Below, in pieces: positions 1-9,091 of a DNA stretch of 64,000 nucleotides. Made by a program: the position numbers and the translations under genes. The DNA comes from Anaerolineales bacterium. Its GTDB lineage: Bacteria; Chloroflexota; Anaerolineae; Anaerolineales; UBA4823. The first letter of the stretch is position 1; each line of letters begins with the position of its first letter. Under the pieces are notes generated by a model. The model was not told where the DNA came from. It did not search any database and was given only the letters and a program-made list of their open reading frames with translations. Location: contig DATEDC010000195.1 of the NCBI GenBank assembly GCA_035286585.1, forward strand, positions 4,139-68,138, written 5' to 3'.

Positions 1-252
1 GCGGGTAAATGGGGCGCAATCTACCGTAATACCGACCCGCATTCGTTCCCCTCCGGACATGCCGCCCGGGCGTTGATGCTGGCTGTGTTGGCTTCAGGAT
101 TGGGACCGGGCTGGTTTACGCTGGCGCTGCTGGTATGGTCGCCGCTGATGGTGCTGGCGCGCGTGGCGATGGGGGTCCATTATTTGTCCGATGTGATCGC
201 CGGGGGGCTTATAGGCGCGTTGATCGGCTTTGGGATCTTACAATTTATTTGA
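1..252 (+). CDS. PAP2-family phosphatase, 3' part (5' end outside window)
   Basis: Frame 1 reads ...HSFPSGHAARA...LARVAMGVHYLSDVIAG...LQFI* (PAP2 motifs PSGH and RxxxGxHYxSD); stop TGA at 250-252. Confidence 0.9.
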   Translation, partial: AGKWGAIYRNTDPHSFPSGHAARALMLAVLASGLGPGWFTLALLVWSPLMVLARVAMGVHYLSDVIAGGLIGALIGFGILQFI

Positions 253-1317
253 ATCTGGGGCGAAGGCTATCAACTCCCTTTTGAAGTTTTCAATCGCCTC
301 AACCGGGGTGGGATCGACCCCATATGCCATGGCGAGATAATAGGCGGTGTAATCGCCGAAGTGCAGCGAGGTCCACATATGTTCCAGCGGCGTGTCACCC
401 TTGGAGTCGATGTAGTCGGTAGAAATTCCCTCGAGCATAAAAATCTTGCGGGTGAGTTCGGATCTTAGCTGGTTGCGCTCGTGAAGTGATGACGAGCGCA
501 AAAAAAGCACCATCAGCCGTTTCAGGCCAACCTCCGGGTTCTGTATTCCAGCAAGGGTATTGTGGTTGGCTTCTGGCAGGAACTCGAACTGGCTCCAGCT
601 CTTCGCAACCTCGCTGATTTGGCCCTTCCATCTGCGCGCGACTGGGGCGAGAATACCCGATCCGATGACCACAACCAGGCGGTCCATAAGCTGCCCCGCC
701 ATGCGCTTGGCGGGATTTTGATGGACCGCCACATCTGCTTTTATGTATGCCTGCTGGGAGCGCATCGCATTGACTGCCTTTTCAAGCTCTGACCCCGGGT
801 CTGGGATCAACCCAAGGCGGGCAAAGGCGCTTAGCAGCAGCCCGAACGAGAATCCAACCGCGGCGCGCGGTTGTCCCTGGTGATCGAATTCCCAGGCAGA
901 TGCACCGATTTCCTGCGCCGCGTCTATCAACCAGCCTCCAGTGCTGACAACCAGTAGGCGGCAGCCACGCTTTTGGGCCTGGTGAAAGGCAGAGAGGGTT
1001 TCTTCTGTGTTTCCGGAGTGCGAGGAAGCGATGACCAGGGTAATTTCTCCTTGCGCCCAGGCAGGCAGGTCATAATCGCGCCAGATGAAAACGGGAACCG
1101 GGCATATGGTGGCCGCGTACGCTGCCAGAAGATCAGCGCCTATGGCAGATCCACCCATGCCAGAAATGATAACCCGTTGGATGCCGTCCCAATCCGGCAG
1201 GCGCAGGCTATTGCCGAGATTCCAGGCTGTTTCCAACTGCTGAGGCAGCTTATCGATTTCGGCAAGCATATTTTGGGTATCTATGGTGGAAAAAGATGAA
1301 TGGTTGTTTAAATCCAT
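238..1317 (-). CDS. Bifunctional phosphoglucose/phosphomannose isomerase (SIS domain)
   Basis: GMGGSAIG, SHSGNTEET, QPRAA, SEVAK, PEANHN, DPTPVEAI motifs. Confidence 0.92.
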   Translation of the reverse strand: MDLNNHSSFSTIDTQNMLAEIDKLPQQLETAWNLGNSLRLPDWDGIQRVIISGMGGSAIGADLLAAYAATICPVPVFIWRDYDLPAWAQGEITLVIASSHSGNTEETLSAFHQAQKRGCRLLVVSTGGWLIDAAQEIGASAWEFDHQGQPRAAVGFSFGLLLSAFARLGLIPDPGSELEKAVNAMRSQQAYIKADVAVHQNPAKRMAGQLMDRLVVVIGSGILAPVARRWKGQISEVAKSWSQFEFLPEANHNTLAGIQNPEVGLKRLMVLFLRSSSLHERNQLRSELTRKIFMLEGISTDYIDSKGDTPLEHMWTSLHFGDYTAYYLAMAYGVDPTPVEAIENFKRELIAFAPDSNKL

Positions 1318-1325
1318 ACGCGTCT

Positions 1326-2153
1326 CTACCTCGTTTCCAGATCAGTGATCATTTTATAAACTTCACGACGTGGCCAGCCCGATTGAGCGGCGACCTCGGC
1401 TGCCATCCTGGTGGGAGCTTCCCCGCGGGCAAGCCTGGCTTGCAGCGCTGCCTGCAGCCTGTCGAGCGACCAGGTCTGCTCGGCTGATCTATTCCCCTCG
1501 ATCACCAGGGTGAATTCACCGCGCGGCTCCTGAAGAGCCAATCTCTCCCTGGCTTGAGGGATGGTTCCGTGAAATATCTCTTCGTGGATCTTGGTCAGCT
1601 CGCGGGCGACGGCTATTCTCCGCGCCCCGAGAAATATTTCCAGGTCTGCCAGGGAGACCGACAGACGATGCGGGGTTTCTAAGAATATCAGGGTAAAAGG
1701 CAAGGCGACGATTTTTTCCAATAACTGGTGGCGCTCGGCGGATTTGCGCGGCAAGTAACCCAGGTAAAGGAAAGCGTCGGTAGGCAGCCCGGAAGCCACC
1801 AGCGCGGCGATGGGGGCGCTTGGTCCCGGCACGGGGCTCACCTGGTGACCAGCTTCGATGGCCGCCCTGACCAATTCATAACCGGGATCGTTCAACCCTG
1901 GCGTTCCCGCTTCCGAGACCAGGGCGATGTCCTCCACAGCCAGCTCGGCGAGCAGGGTATCCAATTTAACCAGCTTATTATGCTCGTGGTAAGAAGTTAG
2001 CCGGGCGCGGATGCCATAGTGGGTGAGCAGTTTGCGCGTCTGGCGGGTATCTTCTGCGGCAATGAGGCGGACCTGCTTCAGCGTGCGTAAAGCCCTGGCG
2101 CTGATATCCTCAAGATTGCCTATGGGAGTTGCGACCAGGTATAAAGTGCCCAT
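1326..2153 (-). CDS. rsmI: 16S rRNA (cytidine1402-2'-O)-methyltransferase
   Basis: LYLVATPIGNLEDIS, AAEDTR, VSEAGTPG, ARELTKIHEE, PRGEF. Confidence 0.96.
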   Translation of the reverse strand: MGTLYLVATPIGNLEDISARALRTLKQVRLIAAEDTRQTRKLLTHYGIRARLTSYHEHNKLVKLDTLLAELAVEDIALVSEAGTPGLNDPGYELVRAAIEAGHQVSPVPGPSAPIAALVASGLPTDAFLYLGYLPRKSAERHQLLEKIVALPFTLIFLETPHRLSVSLADLEIFLGARRIAVARELTKIHEEIFHGTIPQARERLALQEPRGEFTLVIEGNRSAEQTWSLDRLQAALQARLARGEAPTRMAAEVAAQSGWPRREVYKMITDLETR

Positions 2154-2165
2154 GGATTGATCGGA

Positions 2166-3260
2166 TCACGGGATCAGCCAGGTAAGGATATCCAGTGTCA
2201 GTGAAAAGGTTTCCGCGTTCAAGTTGATCAGGCGCGCTCGTCCAGGTAGACCCTGACCGGTCCGATAGCACAGATAGCTGCCAATCGGCGTATCTTCGAT
2301 GACGATTGGAGAGGCAGATAAGCTAGCGGTTTGGCAATTTGTAAACGAAGGCTGGTTCTGGCCGTAAATTCCTGCCATCGAATTGCCGAGCGGTAATAAG
2401 AGATGTTGACCCTGCTCGTTGTTGGTATAAGATAGATCCTCGCCGCCACTATTGACCTGGTTGGTATCCAGGTTTAAATTGTCGCCGACCTGCAGAGTGA
2501 TCGGTCCGCTGACCAAAACAGCAGGAGTGGAGGTGGCTGTCGGGCTGGGGGTGGGTGTTTGCGGGGTCGAGGTTGGCGTAGAAGTCTGAACGACAACGAT
2601 GCGCACCCAGAATGGAGCGCTTCCGCTGGGACCAATGCCAAACAATGCATTGCTGGCGTTCCTTAATTTCCAGTTTCCCTGGTACTTGCCAGCCGACGCG
2701 GGCGCGATCATATCAACGGCGATATCAATACTTTGCCCGGGCGCGACCTCACCGGGAAGTGGAACGCTGGCAGGGGCGCCCATTGGCTCTCCCGAGAAGA
2801 AAGCGATGGCATAGCTTCTCGTCCAGATGCAGGTGCCCACATTTTGCAAGCGCCAGATCTTGGTGAAAAGCTGGTTAGGCTGCATGTCGGTATCATCCGG
2901 GATGGTCACATCGATCGGATTGCCGGGGGCAGCCTGGTCGCAAAGGCTATCCGGAGTAGAAGTTGACCGGGGTGGATTTGGTGTGGAGGTGACGCCCCCC
3001 GTTGGGGTCGGTGTTGCCGGGGTCTCGCTGGCGAGTTGGTCGGGCACAGTGGGGGTGGTCGTCGAGCCCTGGGCAGTCAGTTTGAAAGACTCGGTCAGGC
3101 GCGCTTCGACCGTCTGGTAAGCCTGGGTGACGTTCAATGCAGGGGTCAGATCTCCAGCCGAACTGGGATAATTGCAACCGGCGATGATCACTCCACCCAA
3201 AGCTGCCAGCAGGACAACAAACATCTTCGTGATATCAGTCCGTTTGATGATGGCGTTCAA
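2166..3260 (-). CDS. Lipoprotein with NBR1-Ig-like (FW) domain and Thr/Pro-rich linkers
   Basis: Lipobox IIAGC; DVTIPD..F.K.WRLQNVGTC.W...WKL...FWV pattern; TPT repeats. Start could alternatively be ATG 3224. Confidence 0.8.
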   Translation of the reverse strand: MNAIIKRTDITKMFVVLLAALGGVIIAGCNYPSSAGDLTPALNVTQAYQTVEARLTESFKLTAQGSTTTPTVPDQLASETPATPTPTGGVTSTPNPPRSTSTPDSLCDQAAPGNPIDVTIPDDTDMQPNQLFTKIWRLQNVGTCIWTRSYAIAFFSGEPMGAPASVPLPGEVAPGQSIDIAVDMIAPASAGKYQGNWKLRNASNALFGIGPSGSAPFWVRIVVVQTSTPTSTPQTPTPSPTATSTPAVLVSGPITLQVGDNLNLDTNQVNSGGEDLSYTNNEQGQHLLLPLGNSMAGIYGQNQPSFTNCQTASLSASPIVIEDTPIGSYLCYRTGQGLPGRARLINLNAETFSLTLDILTWLIP

Positions 3261-4413
3261 GGTGTTCTGCCTGTTTGGGGTATCTACCCCTCACTCTTTC
3301 AACCAGAATGCGGGCAATCTGGCGCGCAGCCTGAGGCCGCGCCAGGCGCTGACAATTGATACGCGCCTGTTCGAGTTCGTCCGGATGGTCAATCCAGAAC
3401 CGCAGCGCGGCCACCATTTCACTCACCTGAGGCGCCCAAATGCCTGCCCCCTCAGAAGTGATAAAAGAGACATTGCCGCTTTCCTGACCAGGCAAGTGGC
3501 TGTAGAGCATCATCGGCAGACCGGCGTTCAGCGCCTCGCTGATCGTCCCTGGCCCCGCCTTGGTCACGAGAACATCGGCGGCTTGCATGAAATCCGGCAT
3601 CTCACGCACGAAGCCATAGATAAAGGTGGGGATAGGCCACTTGCGCGCTTCCAGCCGGGTTTTTAGCCCCTGGTTGCGCCCTGCGATCACAATCAGGGCG
3701 ATGGGCAGGCCAGCCTCGGCGATGGCCAGGGCGGTCTTTTCTATTGGACCCATCCCTTCGCTGCCTCCGACCAGCAGGACGAGCCGACGGTCGGCAGGCC
3801 ATCCATATCGGGACCTCAGGTCGAGCTGGCTTCTGGCAGGCTGGCAAAAACGATCCGCAACCGGTAGCCCGGTGACCTGGATGATCTCCGGCTTGAGTCC
3901 GTAGTGCAGCGCCCGCAGCCGGGCGTTCTCAGTGGGCACCAGGCACAGGTCGGTAAGCGGATGATACCAAAAGGCATGAGTTGAAACCAGGTCTGTCACC
4001 ACCGTGATGATCGGCGGTCTGGGTGTACCCAAAGCCCGGATTACCGGTCCAGTAGCCAGTGGATGAAGGGTAACGATGATATCGCTGGGGTGTTGAGAGA
4101 CCAAATCGCGAATAGCATGGCGCACATAAGGCCAGGCGCTTGCCATCAGCAAGCGAACTCTACGGCGACCATTGCTCATGTGATATCCCAGTCCCCATAC
4201 TCGAGGCAGGCGCACCATGCTGGGATATAACTCGGGCATGCGATTTAAAGGTACCGGGGCGATTTTAAATATATCCACCATCTCAGTGCGGATCGAATCC
4301 CCGTATTCCAGATGCAGGGCTTCGATAATCGCCTCGGCTGCGCTGCGGTGTCCACCTCCTGTATCAGAGAACAGAAAGAGTATTTTTCGAGTGTCAGGAG
4401 GCGGGCTCGGCAT
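3235..4413 (-). CDS. Diacylglycerol glycosyltransferase, GT28 (MGDG synthase/UgtP-like)
   Basis: SDTGGGHRSAAEA, TVVTDL..HAFW, GLPV, TKAGPGTISEA, PGQE.GN; ATG 4413 chosen as start. Confidence 0.9.
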   Translation of the reverse strand: MPSPPPDTRKILFLFSDTGGGHRSAAEAIIEALHLEYGDSIRTEMVDIFKIAPVPLNRMPELYPSMVRLPRVWGLGYHMSNGRRRVRLLMASAWPYVRHAIRDLVSQHPSDIIVTLHPLATGPVIRALGTPRPPIITVVTDLVSTHAFWYHPLTDLCLVPTENARLRALHYGLKPEIIQVTGLPVADRFCQPARSQLDLRSRYGWPADRRLVLLVGGSEGMGPIEKTALAIAEAGLPIALIVIAGRNQGLKTRLEARKWPIPTFIYGFVREMPDFMQAADVLVTKAGPGTISEALNAGLPMMLYSHLPGQESGNVSFITSEGAGIWAPQVSEMVAALRFWIDHPDELEQARINCQRLARPQAARQIARILVERVRGRYPKQAEHLERHHQTD

Positions 4414-4603
4414 CGGTTTTTTTCGGTAGTAGCGTTTTGAGCCGGCGGGCAAGTTCTCTGCGGGTCAGCAGAACCCGGCGTTCGCAGCGCAAACACTGCA
4501 GGCCAATATCAGCCCCTAACCGCACGATTTTCCATTCGTAGCTGCCGCATGGATGTGGCTTGCGCAATCGCACCAGGTCGTCTAAGTTCAGCTCTGGGAG
4601 CAT
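4394..4603 (-). CDS. DUF951 (YyzM-like) small Zn-ribbon protein
   Basis: LRKPHPCGS..W.I.RLGADI.L.C..C.R.V signature. Confidence 0.9.
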   Translation of the reverse strand: MLPELNLDDLVRLRKPHPCGSYEWKIVRLGADIGLQCLRCERRVLLTRRELARRLKTLLPKKTDAEPAS

Positions 4604-4609
4604 GGAGGC

Positions 4610-4618
4610 ATTATAACA
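4610..4618 (-). promoter_or_regulatory. Extended -10 promoter (TGtTATAAT), 6 nt before the DUF951 ATG (leaderless)
   Basis: Minus strand reads TGTTATAAT-gcctcc-ATG; no SD. Confidence 0.7.
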
Positions 4619-4710
4619 CGAGGCATTCTAGGGATAATGCACGAACACACACTCATAAACCGGGGTTGGGCATGAGAAATCCTGTGGCAGGCATGCAGGA
4701 CAGGCCGGGA

Positions 4711-4719
4711 TGGTATAAT
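4711..4719 (+). promoter_or_regulatory. Extended -10 promoter (TGgTATAAT) for the M50 protease operon
   Basis: Consensus match; AAGGA SD follows before ATG 4741. Confidence 0.65.
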
Positions 4720-4740
4720 CTGCCCCGAAAGGAAAAATAA

Positions 4741-5385
4741 ATGCTGGATTTAGATCCATCGACGCTGATTTCGCACTTCTTTGTCCTGGTGACCGCTTTT
4801 TCGGTGCATGAATTTGCCCATGCCTGGACCGCAAATTACTTTGGCGATAATACCCCGCGCCTGCATGGGCGGTTAACCTTGAATCCGCTCTCGCATCTGG
4901 ATCCCATCGGCTCGCTGTTACTGCTGGTGGCTGGCTTTGGATGGGCTAAACCGGTCCCGGTGAACCCCTACGCGCTGCGCCAGCGCTCCCCGGCGGCGTT
5001 GATGTGGGTGTCGATTGCCGGGCCAATGTCCAACTTGTTCCTGGCGATCCTGGCAGCCATCCCTTTCCGTCTGGACGTGCTCTCGGTTTTCGATGCCCAG
5101 TTTGCCCTATTTACCAGCAGCGACCATTTCTTGCCAACCTTGCCGCAGCTTTTATATGTTTTCATCTATACGAATTTACTGTTGATGCTGTTCAACCTGC
5201 TGCCGATCGCACCCCTGGATGGCGATAAAATCGCCGATTATTTTTTCCCTCCAGCCTGGGGGCGCGCCTTGGAGGTCATTCGTCCTTTTGGCCCGCTGAT
5301 CTTGCTGGCGGTGGTATTCCTCGGAGTTCTTCCCTATATTATCTCTCCACCCCTTGCGCTACTGATGGGGTTGTTGGTGGGATGA
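4741..5385 (+). CDS. Site-2 protease, peptidase M50
   Basis: HEFAH zinc motif, [16 protein letters not shown], hydrophobic helices. Confidence 0.95.
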   Translation: MLDLDPSTLISHFFVLVTAFSVHEFAHAWTANYFGDNTPRLHGRLTLNPLSHLDPIGSLLLLVAGFGWAKPVPVNPYALRQRSPAALMWVSIAGPMSNLFLAILAAIPFRLDVLSVFDAQFALFTSSDHFLPTLPQLLYVFIYTNLLLMLFNLLPIAPLDGDKIADYFFPPAWGRALEVIRPFGPLILLAVVFLGVLPYIISPPLALLMGLLVG

Positions 5386-5924
5386 TATTCAAGCGGATCA
5401 GCCACCGGGTACGGCAGTTTTGGAACGCCCTGTATGCCCGCCCAGCCCGCAGCGATCTCGAGGTGGCGTTCTCGATCCTGACTCCAGAACAAATGACCTT
5501 GTTTCTTCAATTGCAGCCCAGCGAGCAAGCCCATAGCCTGTCTGTTCTCAAGAGACTGGCGCAGGACAAGCATACCAACCTGGAGGATAAGAATCGGGAT
5601 TTAATGGTCGCAGCCCTTCTGCATGACGTAGGGAAAACCCTCCATCCCATTCACGTATGGGAGCGGGTCTTGATCGTGTTGTCGAAGGCCCTGTTCCGCG
5701 GGCGGGTCAGGCAGTGGGGGAGCGGTGAGCCAGCGGGGTGGCGGCGAGTATTTGTGATCGCTGAGCGGCATCCTGAGTGGGGGGCGCGGCTTGCGGCTCA
5801 AGCAGGCGCTTCTCGGCTGGCGGCGGAGTTAATTCGCCAGCATCAAAACCAAAACACAGATAAATCAGTAGATATGTTTAACGGTCTATTGCATCGACTG
5901 CAAGCAGCCGACCAGGATAGTTGA
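5382..5924 (+). CDS. HD-domain metal-dependent phosphohydrolase
   Basis: QAHS...LLHDVGK...HPEWGA...HQ...AD; ATGA overlap with the M50 gene. Confidence 0.88.
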   Translation: MIFKRISHRVRQFWNALYARPARSDLEVAFSILTPEQMTLFLQLQPSEQAHSLSVLKRLAQDKHTNLEDKNRDLMVAALLHDVGKTLHPIHVWERVLIVLSKALFRGRVRQWGSGEPAGWRRVFVIAERHPEWGARLAAQAGASRLAAELIRQHQNQNTDKSVDMFNGLLHRLQAADQDS

Positions 5925-6029
5925 TGCTGCTCGCGCTCTGTAGGCCAAGCATATGATCAAGCAGGAGATTGCCACAGCGGCAAAGAACGCCGCTTCGCAA
6001 TGACCGTTTTATCAATAGAGGATGTGAGC

Positions 6030-7031
6030 ATGGCGATTCAGATCACGATTGTAGGTTTGGGTCAAATCGGGGCTTCTATCGGCCTGGCGTTGGCGCAGCG
6101 CGCCGAAATGTTCGATCGAGTTGGGCATGATCGAGATATGGACATCGCCCGCAAAGCGCAGAAATTGGGTGCCGTAGACCGGGTCTCGCTCAATTTGCCT
6201 GCTGCGGTACGAAATGCGGATATCGTCATTCTGTCTTTGCCCATGGACCAAATCCAGGAGAGCCTCTCATTGATCGCTTCCGACTTAAAAGAGGATGTAG
6301 TCCTGCTCGACACTGCCCCGGTCAAGGAAGTGGTGACCGCCTGGGTTGGAGAGCTGCTGCCGGAAAAGCGGCATTACGTTGGCCTGACCCCAGTGATCAA
6401 TCCGGCTTACCTGCACGGAGTGAATTCGGGGCTGGACGCAGCCCGAGCAGATTTATTCCACAAAGGTATGCTGGCGATTGTGGCTCCACCGCGCACCGCC
6501 CCCGAAGCGATAAAATTGAGCGCTGACCTGGCTCGGATGCTCGGCGCAGAACCGTTCTTTGCAGATCCGAGCGAAATCGATGGTTTGATGGCGGCGACGC
6601 ATACCGTGCCTGAACTTTTATCCGCTGCCCTGCTCAATGCGACCGTCGATCAACCAGGTTGGAGAGAGGGGCGCAAGATAGCCGGGCGATTCTATGCGGA
6701 AATGACCAGCCCAAGCATGCAGATGAGCGATCCCATGGCGCTCAGCAGGACTGCATTATTGAACCGAGAGAATATTATCCGCAGAATAGATGGCTTAATC
6801 GCTGCCTTACAGGCGATTCGCAACGACATCGACAATGAGGATGGAGCTGCACTTGAAGGCCGATTGGAGCGCGCCAGGACAGGTCGAATTTTGTGGTGGC
6901 AGCAGCGCCAGGCAGCCGATTGGGCAGCAGAAGAGATGTCGAATGCCTATGCCGAAGTCCAGAGCGGATCAGAGATTTTCGGGCGGCTGCTGGGGCTGGG
7001 GCGCAAGCGAAAGCCAAAAACGGGCAAGTGA
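6030..7031 (+). CDS. Prephenate/arogenate dehydrogenase (TyrA)-like protein, atypical active site
   Basis: Rossmann GLGQIGASIGL and TyrA-like layout, but canonical DxxSVK reads DTAPVK and HP reads TP; SD GAGGA before ATG 6030. Confidence 0.75.
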   Translation: MAIQITIVGLGQIGASIGLALAQRAEMFDRVGHDRDMDIARKAQKLGAVDRVSLNLPAAVRNADIVILSLPMDQIQESLSLIASDLKEDVVLLDTAPVKEVVTAWVGELLPEKRHYVGLTPVINPAYLHGVNSGLDAARADLFHKGMLAIVAPPRTAPEAIKLSADLARMLGAEPFFADPSEIDGLMAATHTVPELLSAALLNATVDQPGWREGRKIAGRFYAEMTSPSMQMSDPMALSRTALLNRENIIRRIDGLIAALQAIRNDIDNEDGAALEGRLERARTGRILWWQQRQAADWAAEEMSNAYAEVQSGSEIFGRLLGLGRKRKPKTGK

Positions 7032-7042
7032 GGAGCCAGAGA

Positions 7043-8227
7043 ATGGCGGATAAATTGCATTGGTTAGCTGAAGAACTGCATAACTTGAAGGAAGCGGGGT
7101 TATACAACCGGATTCGCACGCTCGATTCGCCGCAGGGAGCCTGGCTGCGTGTGGATGGCAGGCAGGTGCTCAATTTTTGCTCGAATAATTACCTGGGATT
7201 GGCAAACCACCCTCGCCTGGCGCAGAGCGCCAAACAGGCGGTAGATCAGTATGGGGTCGGCCCGGCAGCGGTGAGAACCATCGCAGGCACCATGTATCTT
7301 CACGTGCAGCTCGAGGAGCGCATGGCCACCTTCAAGGGCGTGGAAGCCGCGATCACATTCCAATCCGGGTTCAACGCCAACCTGGGGACGATACCCGCGC
7401 TGGTGGGCAAAGCGGACGTAATATTTTCAGATGAGTTCAATCACGCCAGCATCATCGACGGCAGCCGCCTCTCCGGGTCGCAAATCGTGCGCTACAACCA
7501 CTGCGATCCAGCCGACCTGGAAAGAGCGCTGGAGCAGCACCGCTCGAAATTCCCGCGCGCCCTGGTAGTGACCGATGGGGTGTTCAGCATGGATGGCGAC
7601 GTGGCCCCATTAGATAAGATCTATGAAGTTACGCAGCGTTTCCAGTCCATCCTGATGGTGGATGACGCCCATGGGGAGGGTGTGCTTGGCAGGGGAGGCC
7701 GCGGGATCGTGGATCATTTTGGGCTGCATGGCAAAGTGGATGTGGAGGTGGGAACCTTATCGAAGGCTTTTGGCGTTGTCGGGGGCGTTGTCGCCGGCAA
7801 CCCGCTGGTGATTGAGTGGTTGAGGCAGCGCGGCCGACCGTTTTTATTCTCCTCAGCCATGACCGTTCCCGATGTCGCCGCGTGCCTCACTGCGATCGAT
7901 ATTCTTGAAGAATCCACTGAGCTGGTGGATAGGTTGTGGGAAAACACTCGCTACTTCAAGCAGGAAATGGAGCGCCTGGGCTTTAATACTGGGCAGAGCG
8001 TAACCCCGATAACACCGATCATGCTAGGCGAGGCGCCCCTGGCTCAGCAGTTCAGCCAGGAGCTGTTTGATAATAATGTCTTTGCGATGGCGATCGGTTT
8101 TCCCACCGTGCCGCGCAGCAAAGCCAGAATCCGGGTCATGATCTCAGCGGCCCACCAGCGAGAGGATCTGGAACGAGGCCTGGAGGCATTCGCGCGGGTT
8201 GGACAGAAGCTGGGTGTGATTGCCTGA
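7043..8227 (+). CDS. kbl: Glycine C-acetyltransferase (2-amino-3-ketobutyrate CoA ligase), alpha-oxoamine synthase family
   Basis: NFCSNNYLGLANHP, NHASIIDG, DGVFSMDG, DDAHG, GTLSKA (PLP Lys), ARIRVMISA; SD AGGAG. Confidence 0.88.
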   Translation: MADKLHWLAEELHNLKEAGLYNRIRTLDSPQGAWLRVDGRQVLNFCSNNYLGLANHPRLAQSAKQAVDQYGVGPAAVRTIAGTMYLHVQLEERMATFKGVEAAITFQSGFNANLGTIPALVGKADVIFSDEFNHASIIDGSRLSGSQIVRYNHCDPADLERALEQHRSKFPRALVVTDGVFSMDGDVAPLDKIYEVTQRFQSILMVDDAHGEGVLGRGGRGIVDHFGLHGKVDVEVGTLSKAFGVVGGVVAGNPLVIEWLRQRGRPFLFSSAMTVPDVAACLTAIDILEESTELVDRLWENTRYFKQEMERLGFNTGQSVTPITPIMLGEAPLAQQFSQELFDNNVFAMAIGFPTVPRSKARIRVMISAAHQREDLERGLEAFARVGQKLGVIA

Positions 8228-8312
8228 TGACCCCAGGCAGCAAAATCGGGTTGGGACATAGCCATCCTATGCGCCAACCCGGTGAATCAAGGAGGATCTG
8301 ATATGCGGCTGA

Positions 8313-8543
8313 TCAGGCTGGTTCAGAGAAGGGATCGTAGGCAGGGTTGGTGCCTGCCCAAACGCAACTGGATCTGCCATCCAGATTGCAAACGAGCGCC
8401 CGTGAGCAGCGATGGGCTGTCACCCTGGGTGCCTGTTCGGGGAGCATTTCTGCCGGGAAGGTGACCAGCGCCTCCATTTCGACTTCTGCGCCCACGTGAT
8501 GGCAGTAGCGGACTTTGATGGTTTGCCAGGTTCTAAGGGCCAT
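8313..8543 (-). CDS. Small Cys-rich hypothetical protein (76 aa, possible metal binder)
   Basis: YCHH...HRCS...CN...CVWAGTNP; SD AGGA and TATACT upstream. Confidence 0.7.
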   Translation of the reverse strand: MALRTWQTIKVRYCHHVGAEVEMEALVTFPAEMLPEQAPRVTAHRCSRALVCNLDGRSSCVWAGTNPAYDPFSEPA

Positions 8544-8695
8544 GATTCCTGTCTCAACCTGCCTCTCAAAAGGATGTACACTTCGAGTATACAGTGAATT
8601 TCAAGCCAGGCAAAGTGTCAGGTGTCATACAATAAAGCGGACAAAAAGCGTCGATTAAGATCGGTTCACGGACAATAATAACAGGGATATTGAAG

Positions 8696-9058
8696 TCAAG
8701 CCAGCAAGCGCAGAACCAGATAGCAGAGGGTGTAAATTGCAACCGAGATCAGAAGCAGGCGAAGTGATCGTTTCTTTAAAATCTCCAATCGCTTGCCTTC
8801 ACTCAAGTACCCCTCCGTGAACATCACCCACCCCAGCCAGATGATACCCAATATAAGCCATAATAGGCGGCTTAACCCATAAATCGTACCAGTTGTCCAT
8901 CCGGGCGGTCGGAGGGTTGGATTCTGTACCACCCAGACTGCGATAACGATTAATGTAGTATGTATCTGGAACCCTGTAAGCGTGACCAGTACTGCCAATG
9001 CCAACCAAATAATGTAGGTGCTCAGATTGTCGATCAGCAACTTTATCCGGTCTAACAT
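8696..9058 (-). CDS. Hypothetical membrane protein (about 3 TM)
   Basis: Hydrophobic helices; 33 nt downstream of the ABC permease, same strand. Confidence 0.7.
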   Translation of the reverse strand: MLDRIKLLIDNLSTYIIWLALAVLVTLTGFQIHTTLIVIAVWVVQNPTLRPPGWTTGTIYGLSRLLWLILGIIWLGWVMFTEGYLSEGKRLEILKKRSLRLLLISVAIYTLCYLVLRLLA

Positions 9059-9091
9059 TTGTTGTCCGGAAGTTAAATAGATTTGGAATAA

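Noticed and set aside
238..252. Short convergent 3' overlaps (238-252, 33806-33816, 40496-40515)
   Set aside because: Common in compact genomes; no sign of a special function
6893..7042. N-terminal extensions in the ORF track for kbl, oppF, prfA, VIT-vWA, sigma and the 59392 gene
   Set aside because: Downstream starts with an SD or -10 box fit family lengths better
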